A stretch of 64,000 nucleotides of DNA from Chrysomallon squamiferum (GCA_012295275.1 CM022678.1:2542001-2606000); one strand, 5' to 3'; shown: positions 1 through 13,816, counted from the first letter of the stretch. Translations and numbers: made by a program. Notes: generated by a model from the letters alone, not told the origin.

Positions 1-100
1 GTAAGTTTGATATTAACATGCTTATTTTTTTACTTTTATTTATTTACACATTCACTTTAATTACAGAAAACTGCACTAATTTAGTTAGTCTAAGGAAATG

Positions 101-380
101 ACAGAAATATTTTACTGGTGAATGAGTTGAAGATTTCTTTAGCTTATTTTTCATTATATTTAGCAAGATTTCTTAACAGATATTTTACTGGTGAATGCGT
201 TGAAGATTTCTTTAGCTTATTTTTCATTATATTTAGCAAGATTTCTTAACAGATATTTTACTGGTGAATGAGTTGAAGATTTCTTTAGGTTGTTGTTCAT
301 TATATTTAGTCTGAATTTCAAAATAAATAACAGAAATATTTCACTGCAGGATGAGTTGAAAATGTCTTTAGGTTATTCTT
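101..380. repeat. Tandem repeat, 73-bp unit, 3 near-identical copies plus a degenerate fourth
   Basis: TATTTTACTGGTGAATG(A/C)GTTGAAGATTTCTTTAG recurs at 108, 181 and 254, with a diverged copy at ~337. Confidence 0.85.
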
Positions 381-1790
381 CTTCTGACAGGTCAGACAAT
401 CTCTTCTCCATGATGACCCCAATGAATAGTTTTCCCATTTCAGTCAAGTGATCAGCAGCAGCAAATCATTATTTTTATTTTGACCTTCCCATAGACTGGA
501 CATCACATACCACAGACATTGTTCATCTGGCTCTGACACACTGACTGAAAGAAAAAAATTGTTCTGTAGGTGTAACACCAATAAGATTTGAACCTGAAAT
601 CTGTCAGGTGTGAGGACTTTCTAACCAGCAAGTCTCAGGTTTAAAATGATGATCATCATCTTCATTATACAGCTCTGATGTAACATTGTTGGGCAAAAGA
701 CTCAGCATGTTGTTTCTGTGTCATCCTAAGTTGAGTAATCATCTTCCAATACTCACCTAGTTCATTCATTCCTCCATCATCTCGCTCATCTTCCTCTAGA
801 TTGCTTCCCTTGGTATGGCTTCGAAATGATGACATGCACTTCTCACTGTTTATCTTTACTTGAAGTTCCCCATCGAAAAAAGCTATATGTTCAGTCTGCA
901 CAATATGTGTATATTTAAATTGTTTTGTATAAATCTAACAAAGAATATAATTCACAGAACAACCAGACAAAACTCACCAGCAACAGATACTTTATTTTAG
1001 TTAATGCATTTGATGCAATTATTTATGAGGATTTTTCACAAACAACTAATTTGAACATCTCTCACAGTACTTGTACTCTGAATATTTTCTGTAACAACCC
1101 TTCATCTAACTTGCAAAAGTTACACCAATTCCTGCTATCCCTTCATAAATGCTGGCGAGTCCACTGATATATATATTTTTTTGGTGTATTTTTTATTTTT
1201 ATTTTAATATCAAAAGGTATATATTTCGTTTTATGGTATGTGTGTAGATATGACTGCATGTCTGTGTGCATGTATGTATGTATGTATGTATGTGTGTATG
1301 TGTGTAAGTATGTATGTTAAACGCTGACTGTTACTAAGAATGCGGCCCAGATCTGATGTAATTATAGAAATCAGTACAAAACAGAAACAAATCTGGCAGT
1401 TGGCAGTGTAAGTGATTCAGACAGAAATCGTGTCTAGTATTTTGTTACAAAATGTTTCAGTAAGTGTGACAGTAATATTTCAAAGTCTGAAATATTCAAA
1501 ACTCTTTATAACCAACTGGAAAGCTATGGTACGGAAACTACAAATAGCCTGAATTAAAGGATATAAATGTATTAGGGCAACAATGTGAAAAAAAAGAGTA
1601 ATCAGTATATTAACCTGAAGAAAATTCAAGCTGAAATGTATACAGACATAATATTATTATTATAAAAATGTTTTACAGAGTCCTGCTTATTTCAGGATAA
1701 AGTTCACTAAATTTATTCATGTTACAACTAAGTAGTTTCTCAAATTTTCCTGTATGTTGTGCTTGAATAACAGCACAATAAATAAACAAT

Positions 1791-3411
1791 TTAACACGTA
1801 TCTGATTCTTCAATGTCAAGTACAGCTTTAAACAGTGATTCTCCATCAGGAAAATCTCTCCCGTTTCTCTGTCTCTCTAGCTGAATTGCCTTCCTTACAC
1901 TTTCTATACTGCATCCAAACTCTAGAACAGCGTCTATCATCGTACTGCGTACACCCGACATGACGTCATCATCGTTACGTATGCCCCCGACTGCGCCTTC
2001 TGGGTCATGGTCGTTGTTAGTTACATCGGTGATAGTTCTTACTTCCACAGAGGAGTCATTCCTGTTTGTGTTCCTCCATTAGAGATCAAGGGTGAGCAGC
2101 CTATGTTGAAGTGGTTGTTTTTTGCATATGTTTAGAAGTCCTGAACATGTCAATTTGATTTTTTTTTCCTCACATGTTGGTTAACAAAACAAATAATTTT
2201 GCTTTCTGTGTTTCTCAATGTCTAGCTATTTGATGACAGAGACTCTGGCTTGTTTTAATCTTCCCGCCTCTGTCTCTGGCAGTCTGGACACCTTCTTTAT
2301 ATTCTCTATACTGCATCAGTGGACTATCATCCTCTTCCCAGTCTCGTGAGTGACACCACACTGGAAACATCTTGATCTGTCCGCCAGATCCCAAGTGATA
2401 AACCCTTGCCTTCCATGGAGGAGTGGACTTTGGTGTTTGTATTTTAAAGATCCATCCAAAGCAACTGTCTAGCCTGGTCTGGTTTCTCTCATATGATGGG
2501 TATTTCGGACGAATTACAGAACGACACAGCTTTGTTTCTACCAGTTCAGATGTTGTTTTCTGTTTCCTCTTGTCCGCTTTGATGACATTCAGTGTGTGTT
2601 TTGTTTTTAGTTACTGAGCAAACTGGCAGTCGGGAGACCATGTGACATGGGCTTCCATGGACAATCATCCTCGTTTGTGTTCAGTATTTCCTCCATTACA
2701 TACTGGAAACATCAAAGGTATTTTCAGATTTCCTTTCAGATTGTTGTTCTTTGATTTTGTTCTCCTCAGTTGCCACCAATGTGTTGCTTTCTGTGTTTCT
2801 CTGTCACTATTTAAAGACACTCTGCATCTGGCTTGTTTTTTTTCCTTTGTCGAGCAAACTGAGGCAGTCGGGAGAGACCACGTGGCGTATTTCAATGGCG
2901 GCGTCTCCAGTGGAAAATCATCCTTTTCCCAGTCTCGTGAGTGATACCACACTGGAAACATCTTGCTCTGTCCACAGATCCCAAATCCAGAAAAACCCTC
3001 TGCCGCCTTGGACGAGGGACTTTGGTGTCACGTGATTTAGAGGCCACTCAAAGTTTGTCTAGCCTGGTCTGGTAGTTCTCATATGACTGGTATTTCCAGG
3101 AATTTCTTGTTTGGTTTTAATACCTGAAACTTCAGATGTCGTCTGGTTTCTCCCGCAAACCACTTATTAATGTAAGAGCAGTTCGTATGTTTGTATGTGT
3201 TTCAATGACGTATGTATGACTGCAAGCATTTTTATTTATTGAATGCCAATATATATTTCATATTTCACTTTGTCACCAATGGTTATGCAGGGTTTTTGAA
3301 TCCAGATATAGCTAGGAAAAACGAGACAATTGTTGATTTTTTGATTCCAATCTCTGTATGTAGCATGGTACCTCTGTTTTTTTTTAGTCTGCTTCTGGAT
3401 AAATGAATCAA
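1791..3411 (-). pseudogene. Degenerate inhibitor-of-apoptosis (IAP/BIRC) paralog: about 4 frameshifted BIR remnants plus an intact UBA-like C-terminus
   Basis: Minus-strand fragments match the intact IAP at 17133-18014. BIR1-like at ~3140-3380 (RYHATYRDWN..LAISGF..GDKVK..VIETH..CSYINKWFAGET). BIR2-like copies at ~2850-3100 (KYQSYENYQTRLD..AAEGF..LGSVDRARCFQCGIT/RDWEKDD), ~2615-2725 (CFQ..EDD..EAHVTWSPDCQFAQ*) and ~2270-2515 (PKYPSYERNQTRLD..ADRSRCFQCGVT/RDWEEDD). All carry frameshifts or stops. The 1791-2048 ORF (EGAVGG..MIDAVLEFGCSIESVRKAI..FPDGESLFKAVLD) aligns with the UBA-like tail of the intact IAP. Confidence 0.85.
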
Positions 3412-3640
3412 CTGAAGGAAAAGAAAAAACTGCTTTCTGCCATCACAGTTTTATTTATTTTAATTTTTTTTAATAACTGAAACTGGAAATGAAACAGTAT
3501 ACATAAACAAAAAGCCAAAAATAACAAATTACTAAAAACATAATTCTATTTGTATGTATGTATGTAAGTTTTGATTGATTCATTTATTTAACTTATTTTA
3601 TATTTAAAAATAAAACAAAATATATATATATATATATATC

Positions 3641-4339
3641 AGTCTCACCTCGTTGATTATGCAAACAATTTAATTAGGTGTTGGTTGTGGCTGGAAAAAC
3701 GGGGTAAACCTGATTGATTTATTTATTTATATATATTCATTCCCGACCGTCTCAGATTTTTATGAAACTTGGTATACTTGTTTACTGGGATCCCACAGCA
3801 CCAAATCTGAAATTTTAGCTCAATCAGACCAGTGGTGTGGGAGATATGGCCCACCGAATTTTGAGATTTTTGGCAAAAATGGATGTGGCCACCAACCTCA
3901 GAACCCTCATATCTCAGGAACTACTGGGCCAATCTTCATAAAATTGGTATTGTTAGAAAGGTAAAATGACAAGAAAATCTGCCATTTTTGTTTAGTTTGG
4001 AAAATATTGGAGTATCTTGACCTTTTGACCTTTGCTATGACCTTGAAATTGACCGTGTAGATCACGTGATCTTGAGATGACCTTTATTGAAATTTAATCT
4101 CCCACATGTTAACTAAAACATATAAAAGTTTCCTGAGTGTAATATTTTTTGTTTAGCCACAATATAGATTTAAAAAATGCACGTACATGAAAATAACACC
4201 TTTTCAGCCATTAACATCTTTTTTCATCTTAAAAATTTGAGACAGTTGGGTGATTTGACACGGAATGCTGAGCAGTTGTTTTATTTCTCACCTTTTTGGT
4301 GAGGCATTCTTCGGTGCAGTAAGCAACTGCCCTATATTT
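3641..4339 (+). mobile_element. Helentron-associated non-autonomous element (HINE/DINE-1-like)
   Basis: Sub-terminal inverted motifs GTCTCACC (3642) and GGTGAGGC (4298). A 3' hairpin GCAGT-aagca-ACTGC is followed by TATATT. Internal GAAACTTGGTAT / ATCTCAGGAACTACTGGGCCAATCTTCATAAAATTGGT and TGACCTT repeats are typical of mollusc HINEs (pattern recognition, not a database hit). Confidence 0.55.
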
Positions 4340-4625
4340 GTGGAAAGACATGCGACCCTAACTGTGACTACAACTGTAAATTAACTAATCTACATAAATA
4401 ATAGTGGCAGTATTTAGAGAGGGTGATCATCTCCTCACCCATCTAACTACGACCAGACATATCAGTGACATGACACTGAGTGCAGGTAAATGTAGGAAAA
4501 AAGAAATAATAAATATAAAGGATTATTTAAAAAAAAAAAAAAAAAAAAAAAATCTGTTTAGAATACAGTTAATTTCAGTAATGTTGTGTTAAACAAACAT
4601 AAAGAAAACAACAAAATTAATGCTC

Positions 4626-4760
4626 ACTTACCGAAGAAGAAGAAAATGGCTGACACTGTGCTGTACACTGCCACCTAACGTCCGTTACGTTGACTGTTTT
4701 GAGCGACATGTAACTTCCGACGTGTAGTTTGGTTACGAAACCACACGAACAAATGGTTTA
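4626..4760 (-). promoter_or_regulatory. Putative promoter and non-coding first exon of the degenerate IAP
   Basis: On the minus strand: ETS-type CGGAAGT (4713-4719), YY1-like GCCATTTT (~4643-4650) and a GTAAGT donor (4631-4626). A strong acceptor TTTTTTCTTTTCCTTCAG ends at 3412, directly before the BIR remnants. AATAAA lies at 1717-1712, after the UBA stop. Confidence 0.55.
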
Positions 4761-5143
4761 CCCTGAAACAAATATACATTTCCTTCTTTCTTTTTTCTCT
4801 TTTTTTTTACATCCCACTTCTGTGCAATACGGAAGTAATTATATTAACCAGTTCAGCATGAGCAACTTTTAATTGTCAAAAGACAAACGCACAGGTGTTA
4901 TTTCATTACAGGTAAATAACCCATTGAACCTGGTAGACTGATATTTTGTTACTGCAGTAATGCAAGCAAATGCTAAAGACATGTTCAAACTAGTTGATTG
5001 TGTGTAACAATATTTTATTACTGAAGTAATGCAAGCAAAACAGTATGTTGGCATATTTCATGTTTATATGAATGGCTGTATATGTACATACATATGTTTG
5101 CATGTATGTAGGATATGTATGTGTGTGTGAGTGTGTGTGCATA

Positions 5144-5353
5144 CAGGGTGGCCCAAAAGTAGGTTTACAGTTATTAAACTATCGTTTATATGCTTGAAGT
5201 TACTTAGTACAATTATCATAAAATACAGTGTTGAAGGAGGACATTTTGAGCACCTGAGAGATCAAACAGTTTCTGATTAATGCTTGAAACATGCTTATAT
5301 TTTAAAATAAATTACCTCCATAATAACTGTAAACCTTCTTTTGGGCCTCTCTG
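5144..5353. mobile_element. Tc1/mariner-type MITE (210 bp)
   Basis: ~33-bp TIRs CAGGGTGGCCCAAAAGTAGGTTTACAGTTATTA ... TAATAACTGTAAACCTTCTTTTGGGCCTCTCTG, flanked by a TA target duplication (5142-43, 5354-55). Confidence 0.85.
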
Positions 5354-8300
5354 TATGTATAAATATCTGTATATCTGTATGTGTATATATATAGACAGAT
5401 AGATAGATAGATGGATAAATAGATATATGTATGTTACTACCAGTTACTACAACTACAACTATTAATGCAGTTAGGATACTGCTTGTCTCTCTGTTGCAGT
5501 TATTAAATAAACCTACTTCAGCTATTACAGATTATGTACACATTTTATGTACTGTGTAATAGCCGATAGAAGAAGTGTAACAGAAATTGCACAGTTTGAA
5601 TGCGTCTTTATTTTTGTGACCAGCTAGAAATAAAAGAACAGTAAATTCTTTTGTTGTCCAATGAATAGATTACAGGTATTATAATATATACAGTAGGCTA
5701 AATATTTACAATCAAAATAACTAAAGGAGATAATTAACATTGCAAATACCAAGGTACTATAAGAGTATATTATAGTAATGTGTGTGCGTGTGTCTGTAGA
5801 ATATAAAATAACAAAAGAAAGATAATTAAAATTTTATTCCTTTGAAATCCCATTTGCAGTCGTATATAAAATAATAAATGTGTATCTGAAAGCAAATTTA
5901 AAAAACGTAAGTGATCAATGGGTTTATTTTCTGATATTACATCACTGACCACTTGTAACTACTTATTTTAAAAAATTTATATAAAAACAAATGTGCACAA
6001 AAATCAATGACAAATTTTTAACATTCTTTAATAAAAAGTTATTAAAAAATAAATAAATACACACGTCTTAACAATAACAATATAACCCTCAGAAATATGA
6101 AAACATATTTTTGATCCCAAAACAGCTTTCAAATGCAATTTAATAATATAATCATAATAAAAAATTAAAAAATAAACAAATACTGTGGAAATAATTACTG
6201 GTGTGTAGATGCATGTGTGTGTATAAAAAATCATAAAACTTCTCAATGAAAGTATTACACAATGTAAAAACACAAAATAAAAATCTAAACAGCTATCAAA
6301 TTTCACGATAACAATTTAAAAACATTGATAAACTTTGAAAATGTCTGGTATAGTTACTGTTCTGGAAATACTTATTTCAGGATGACTGACCAATTGGTTC
6401 CTGTGGTGTCCAGTTTGGTCAAAATGGCCAAAACTTGGTAAACCACATCAACAGTTCCACTTATCCACTAAAAAATGAAAACAAAAAATAACAATTTTCA
6501 ACAAAAATGGAAGGGGGGGAGAAGGGCCTATGAGAGGGTGGGTCCAGCCGGTACTTTGTTCTGGGGCCCAAGAGCTAAAAAGGACCCCACAGCAAGCGTG
6601 CATTAACTGAATATGTATGTTTGTTTATGTTATATCTGATCATGGAAATAAAGAATTTACGAGAGTTTACATGTAGATTTACTGGACATCAAATCCTTAA
6701 TTTTGAGAAAAATCTTTGCCTGCCTTGAGGCCCAAACGGGTCTTGTACCACCTTGCAACAATTCTCTTTGAGGCTCTGGTGGGGTGAAGTTTCATTCATT
6801 GTGTGATTTGATAATAATCCATGATGGATTTTCAGGGAATAATGAGACGATTTCAAGGCAAGATATCAGCTAAAACAACCACAACAATGCCAAAATTAAA
6901 AAAAACATGGTTTAAAGATTCACCATAAATGGTCATTCTGGTGACAAGAAATGATACCGTAAAGCAGAACAGTTTGCATCACTTTTTTTTTTTTAAGTAA
7001 ATGCTAATCTTTATCTCTAATAAAACTTTAGAGAAAATGTCAAATATGTTTTGAAATGAATGAAGTAAAATTTCAAAATAACCACAAATTAAAAAAAATT
7101 GAGGGATGTAAATAAATTTCTGTGGGAATATCAAAAGTAAAAATAATAATCTGAAAAACATTAAAGCTAAAATATATACAAATACATTATTATCAATTGA
7201 TAATTTTTTTAATTTTCCATAGAAAATTGAAATCAGTGAAATGTAATTTCAAATTAATGGAATGTATGTTTTGTTTTACTTAAATAATAAAAACAACAAC
7301 AATAATAATAATAATAACAATAACAATAACAATAATAATACACAGTGGTCTCCCCAGCATTTGTGAAAGGGATGGTGGGAACCAGTGTAACTGGTGCCAG
7401 TTAATCGAAGGGATAACAACAACATCAGCAATACTCAAACATAAATTACCATCATCTGAATATCTTTATGGTTCTGTGGTAGAAAACTAGAAGTTGTCTG
7501 ACTTGTAATTAAATAATTTATCACTGATAAATAAACAACTGTGTGTATGTGTTTATTATTATTATTACTGATTTTAATTTTTTTTTTTTTTTTTTTTTTC
7601 ATGAACAAGACATCAAAAAATAAGGAAAATGAAGCCACAATAAATCAGATGTGTTTCATTATCATGGTACTTCAGTATTCCTTAAGAATAATTACATATA
7701 ATAACAAGAGCCATTGTCAAAAATAAATGTACCCAAAATATTTTTGTCACAATTTTCTTCAATAACAGTCTATATATTTTGTTATTACAATACAACCATT
7801 ATACAGGCACATTTTAACACTAGCTCAATAGTAAAAACAATAAACATATATATATGTATATATATATATCTGTAACATCTATAAAGAAAGTATTGTTAAC
7901 AATGGTATATGGTATAATAAATAAGGTGTAGATATGTAAAACTGTTAAATAAAATGTAGAAAAAATATTAAATATGTAATATCAAAATTCTAGATTAATG
8001 AATTTTTAAGACGAAAATATTTAAAATTGTATTTATTTATTTATTTATACATTTATTTTACTTAATATATATTTTTTTTTTAATGAGATTCGTTAGTTTG
8101 TGGGGTATAATCTTTACTAAAAATAAAGTTTGACAGTCTGAAGAGATCTGTAGTGTTGTTTATCTTTTCGTTTTGGTGTACCTTTGTCATGAATTGTTTA
8201 TAAAAACAAAATTTAATTAACAGATAACTCTGCTTAAGACTTATTTTCTCATCATTAAAGGTTGTTTTGTCATTAAAACATGTAAAAATTCTCCTGTCTC

Positions 8301-8599
8301 ATAAGTACAAACAAAACAAAAATAAACAGAAAGGTTATCTTTGAGGGATCATTACAGTGATATAAATGTTTTTAAATAAGTTCTCTAAAGTCATAAAAGA
8401 AAAATAAATGTGCTCTTAATCATTTTTCTGGATTATTATATCACTGGAATATTTAATTAGTAGAAAAGTTGTCAAAACATCAGAGAACAGTAGATGAATT
8501 TAGGTTAATTGTTTCTATAACCACCAGAGGACATTAACAATGACACATGAAATAACAAATGTTATGTAAGGTAACATCTAGAATACAACTTACAAATCT

Positions 8600-8900
8600 C
8601 TGGTGTTAAGATTTCAGTCAAAAATGTTTAGAAAAGATCTATAAAAGAATTATAAATTATAAATCCATATTTTTTAACTTGTGTTCTAATGCTCATGTTA
8701 ACATTTCAATCAAATGTGTTTAAATGAGATCTGTGTAAGAATTATAAATTATAAATGTCCTTTTTTTTTAACTGGAATACTACCGCTTATGTAAAGATGT
8801 CAATCAAAAATGTTTATGTAAGATCTATGTAAAAAGTATAAATTATGAATTTTCAATTTGTAACTGGACTACAAACTCTAATGTTAAGATTTCTATAAAA
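8600..8900. repeat. Degenerate ~92-bp tandem repeat (3+ copies) just downstream of the epimerase stop codon
   Basis: Recurring TGTTAA(G/C)ATTTCA.TCAAA.ATGTTTA....AGATCT...AAGAATTATAAATTATAAAT units. Confidence 0.7.
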
Positions 8901-9148
8901 AGTAATTAGAAACTTCACCTCCACATTTCTGCTTAAGTATGCACTCAAGACTTTTGTTATAAATAACTGTAAATAAATAATCTGAACTCAAGATTTCTAT
9001 GATAAATGTACAGAAAACAACTGAAAATAACTATCTCTGACATTAAAATTTGTATCAAAGTTATGAGAAAAAAACAAAGAAAAACAACGAAACTAGGTAA
9101 GGTAGGAATGTTCATCTCTAACTAAGACTAGTTTAAAATGGAGGTAGG

Positions 9149-12100
9149 TCACTGCTGAGTTGAATTTGTGATGACCAGAGTCTGGCTACATTCAAACTGC
9201 TGACCGGCGGGCAAGATGACCGGTTTCGACACACAGCCTGCCTCCACACAGAGCATTCTGCGATACTCGTCATCACCAAAATCAGCCATTGATTTGGCCT
9301 TCTCTGCCCAAGGATTCCAAACAACTGAAACAGAAAAATAAGTACTAGAAATACACTTGGATGAGCATCTTAAAATTTTCTTAGAAATTATTTTATGCCG
9401 ATTAATATGTATTTAAAACTGAGATTGGTTAAATTTCTCTCTTGCTGAAAGAAAGTGGAAAATTTTGTTAATGTAGTTAATTTTTTTAGTAAGTTTATTT
9501 TATTTATTTTATGTCTTTCACAAAAACAACTGCTTATAAACATTTAATGACAAGAAAGTCAAAAACTTCTCAAATATAATAATCAAACAAGCATTAAGAT
9601 TGCATTTTTTTAAATAAATAAAATAAATTAATTAAATTTTTTATATAATTTTATAAGATATCTGTAAGGACATTTTGTAATGAAAAATAAAAATCAACTG
9701 TTTATTTTACGAGCACAATTCTTTAATATATTCTTTCCTAATAGTAAAGCATACTTTAGGGTTTCTAAATACAAATGGTTGGAATGGGGAAACCTAATCA
9801 GTACAGAAATAAAGTTGTGTTAATTCAGAAAAAATGCAGTAACATAAATAAACTGACCAACATCAGGAAAATCGAAAATCTTGAGGACAACATCACATGA
9901 TCCATCTCCAACATGGCTGACTCGAATCTGAGAGGGAGAATCTTTGTACACTCTGAAATTATTTCAGTTAAAATTATTTTTAAATACTGTCATCTTTATA
10001 TAAATGAGTAAAAACATTTTCTTATGTATCATGTAATTTATGAAATGAGCATATTAAATTTTTTAAATACTTACAACTCATTAAAATTTGATCAAAAAAA
10101 AATTTTAATTTTCAATTTTTAAGATTTCAGCTTTGTATAAATGATTAAATATAGTTTCAGCTGTATTATTTAATTTGTACAATGAAAATATTAAATCTTT
10201 TAAACTAACAACAACTTTTCAATTAGAACCCCACATATATAGTTTCCAAAAATAGTTTGTACACTCTAAAAATTATTAAATTAACAACATTAAGACAATA
10301 ACACCAAAAATTAGATTTAGTTATAACCAGTAATTTGTGAAACAGAAAATATTAAAGATATTTACATTTTGAAAACAGAAAAATAGGTAAATGAAAACAT
10401 ATTAAATATTTAAAATTCCTGTAATGAAGAGGAAGATGTGAGTGTTTCATTCAGACTTTTACAAATCTGAAAAAGAAATTAAAGTTTATTCTCTTGGTAC
10501 CTGTCATAATTTTCTGCAATTTTTACTTCTTCTTGTTCTTCTATCAGTTCTGCAGAATCTTTCAACTAATACAATATTAAAACATTCTGTTAGCACAAGT
10601 CAGTTGTAATTCAACAAAATAACAGCTAACTCTCTGGATTCCATTTCTCAGTTTTTTAATTCAGACAAGTACAAATACTTTACATCTCACTTTTTTTTCA
10701 TACATTAAGAAGTACATATACTTCATGCCTCAGTTTTCTGGTACATTAAGAAGCACACAGCAAATGCTGAAGTTCACTGGCATTAAGAACACGCTCATTA
10801 CACACATAAGAGCACATAGAAGTATTGACTGTTTGACTAGCTGATTTGTTGTATTCATTTAGAAATAGCCACTGTGTACACAAATATTTTGAGAGAAAAG
10901 TGTTTTCTGGTAATATCAATATTAAAACTTTTCCTCTCATAACAACACAGTTATATTAGTTTACAAAGTGAATAAAGTGATTCTTACTTTATCAACGTAG
11001 GTCAGATTTTTGAGACCAATGATTCTAGCTTTCTCTATGTCGCTGGTACAAAAGTATGTATGCATCAAACAGGTGAAGTCAAAGTTTATCTTATCTGCAA
11101 CAAAGGAAACATAATTCATTTATTTACAACTTTTCTGTAACATACACACTACAAATATGTGTATGTATGTATGTATGTACTGGCCTGGTTTAGATTTGTC
11201 GTTTTTGAAAACCAATAACCACTGGACACTTTAAGGTATTTATTTTTTTCATTAGTCCTTTCATTTTAAAAAGGAAATGGTGAACATCTGTGTGGGTGCT
11301 TTACTGAAAAAGTGCAAAGCTGAGTAAAAAGTTTCAGAGGCTTACCCATGTTGTGAACACAAATATTTAAAACCAGCATCGATTCCTGGAGTTCCAGAGT
11401 GTACACAAGTTTGAACCTTAGAATTTAAATATATATAGATATATATATAATGTTATAAATAAATAAATAAATAAATAAATAACAAAATTAATTAATAAAA
11501 AAAAAAAAAAAAAATGTGTAAATAAGAATAAAAATAAAAACAACCAAGAATTTGTGATAAATATATAGACATTTAATTTATAACATTTCATCCTAAAATA
11601 CCTAATTAAACAAATAAATAATTAATGCAATACGCTGCAGTAACTTCAGTTGACATGGTAACTACATACTGTCAATCAATGAGTGGTATTTAACATTTTG
11701 GCACAGTTTCAAAAGGTGACAGCAAATGATTAAATTTAATTTGTTAACAAAAAAAATAGTATTAATTGTTTCCTTTTTTAATTACTGTAACTTTGCAACA
11801 TAACAAATAACTGTAAAAAGGCAAATATCTATTTTATTATTTATAATAGAGAAAAAAGAGGAAAGAAGGAATGTAATTTTTTCTAAATTGTTTGTGTAGC
11901 TTTGTAAAAGATTATTTTAAAAAAAGTGTAAAAAGACAAACTTCAGATTCCACATGGTGCGTGTTTCTTCATCGTCTTCCAGAGAAAAAGCAGCAATAAC
12001 ATTTCCTTTATGATCCTAAAACAAAAAAAAACATCGAGAAAAAATAATTAAAAAAAATAATAAAATGGAACCAAATTTCACGTAATGCATTTTGTAAACA

Positions 12101-13816
12101 TGACTGTTCTGAAAACAAAACAAAAATAATAATAAATAAATTTAATAAAGATAATAAATAAATAGATTATATTAATTTTTCTCTTTTTGTTTTTAGGTAT
12201 TATAGGTTAGGCCTCAAACTGACTGTTTCTGTTAACATTATTTATAAAGTGAATTGAGCTTCTAGAAGATTCTAAAACTTCACTGGAAAAAGGACTTAAA
12301 CCGAACGTACTAAACGAGACAGGAAGGTGGATATTTTACCTTTGTTGGAGGTATTTCCACTGTCCATCTCTTGATCCGAGCAAAGCCATGTTGAGGTCCA
12401 TGTTTCCATGGTCCAAAATTTGCTGAATTAAATAAAAATTAGACAATAACTAAACAATCAAAAACAAAATGTATACCTGCATTTCCAGTGTGTGTGTGTG
12501 TTATAATAATATTATCAATTATGACTATAACTGTAAGATCAAATTTGATTTGTATTGATCAGCAAAAATAAAGATCCTTTTGGTCTAAGAATTATTCTGT
12601 TGGTAAAATATTTAAATTTTAGTTAATATAAATAAATTTAAGTTCATGAAAATATAATTATTAGTTTTATTTTTTACTTCTTAATTTTCTTAACATTTGT
12701 TTGTTTTTGAATCAAAGTAGGTATATAATATATTTGTTAATAATATAGTTCTTTCTTCATCCACATACATACAGACACACACACACACACACACACACAA
12801 ATGTATGTGCAGTTGCTGATGCAGATGTAGAAACAGCGAGAGTAATATTTAAACAAACTTACGGAATACTATTGGTATTCCACCTCGTATAGCTTTTTTG
12901 TTGTCAAAAACAGCTTTTTCACTGAAATTATAAAATTTGTTTGTTATCCAAAATGCAATTATTCATAATAAGAATGTTTAATGATGTCATTCATTTCTAC
13001 ACATGTAAGCAGTGACTTTAATATCAACACGAACGAAAATGGCCGTCTTAGATCCAGAAATTCAAAAAGTGGTCCAACTATACCCTGAACCTAAAATAAA
13101 AAGTAAAATTTTGAAATGTACAGTAAGTTTGCTAAACTGATTATAAACATTTTATTTGTAGAAAGATGTTAATAAAAATTAACCTCACAAAAAGAACTTC
13201 CTGGCCTTTACATCGCCATGACAAAACAGTAGCACCTGAAAAAAATATAACATTAAACAAACATTTACTTCCATTAATCCTGATGATCATTATTATTGTT
13301 TTGTAATATATTGTAATTATTTTTATATATTTTATTTTTCTTCTTCTTCTTCTTAGTATTATTATTAATTTTGCTACCGAACTGATTTAGGTAAGTGTGG
13401 CAGGTGTCATTAACTAATCAGTAAATGCAAAAGGTGAAAAAATATAAAACAAAAATAAAAACTGTTCCTATAATAATTAACGTAATTATTAAGTCCTGAT
13501 ATTAGAATTATTAATACTGCTTTAGACTTAGAAACTTGGTGAAGATGCGCATCTTGACTTAATCATTAAGTTAATCTTAATCAAGTCAATGCCTTTTTGT
13601 TTTAAGCTAAGCATGTCGTACGATCTTAGGCGTTACTTGCTAAATAACACACTTTAATAAATGACACCTTCAGTCAAAACAAAACTAGTATATATTTTAT
13701 CTGTTAAAACGATCTAAACTCTTACCGTGAAGATGAACAATTACAGAAGTGTCATCGCCGCGATCCAAAAACGAGACATCGCCTGGAGGAAAAGCCGATA
13801 CAACTTGATTCGACAT
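9149..13816 (-). CDS. Glucose-6-phosphate 1-epimerase-like (aldose 1-epimerase/galactose mutarotase fold), 10 exons, 290 aa
   Basis: Exons 13816-13726, 13235-13184, 12921-12863, 12422-12340, 12015-11942, 11416-11346, 11094-10988, 10565-10501, 9952-9858, 9324-9149. All introns are GT-AG with consistent phases (873 nt). Motifs: HGATVLSW, AIRGGIPIVFPNFG, QHGFAR, LMHTYF, YDRVY, VVWNPWAEKAKSMADFGDDEY..MLCVEAG. Confidence 0.93.

Noticed and set aside
1-6. Window starts with GTAAGT (donor-like)
   Set aside because: The upstream exon is not visible and no matching plus-strand downstream exon was identified. It may be coincidence.
380-1167. ORF 665-901 (-) and surrounding coding-like minus-strand sequence (EYWKMITQL.., KLFIGVIMEKRL..)
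   Set aside because: Faint resemblance to either hAT-transposase or BIR fragments, but with many stops, inconsistent motif order and no diagnostic motif. It cannot be assigned without a search.
6520-6760. GC-rich ends suggestive of a decayed non-autonomous DNA transposon (similar case at 55140-55316)
   Set aside because: TIRs are too degenerate and no TSD was identified.
7340-7460. Minus-strand MMVIYV*VLLMLLLSLRLTG.. resembling a broken signal peptide, and an exon-like segment at 6372-6467
   Set aside because: In-frame stop, very short, and no consistent spliced ORF could be built.
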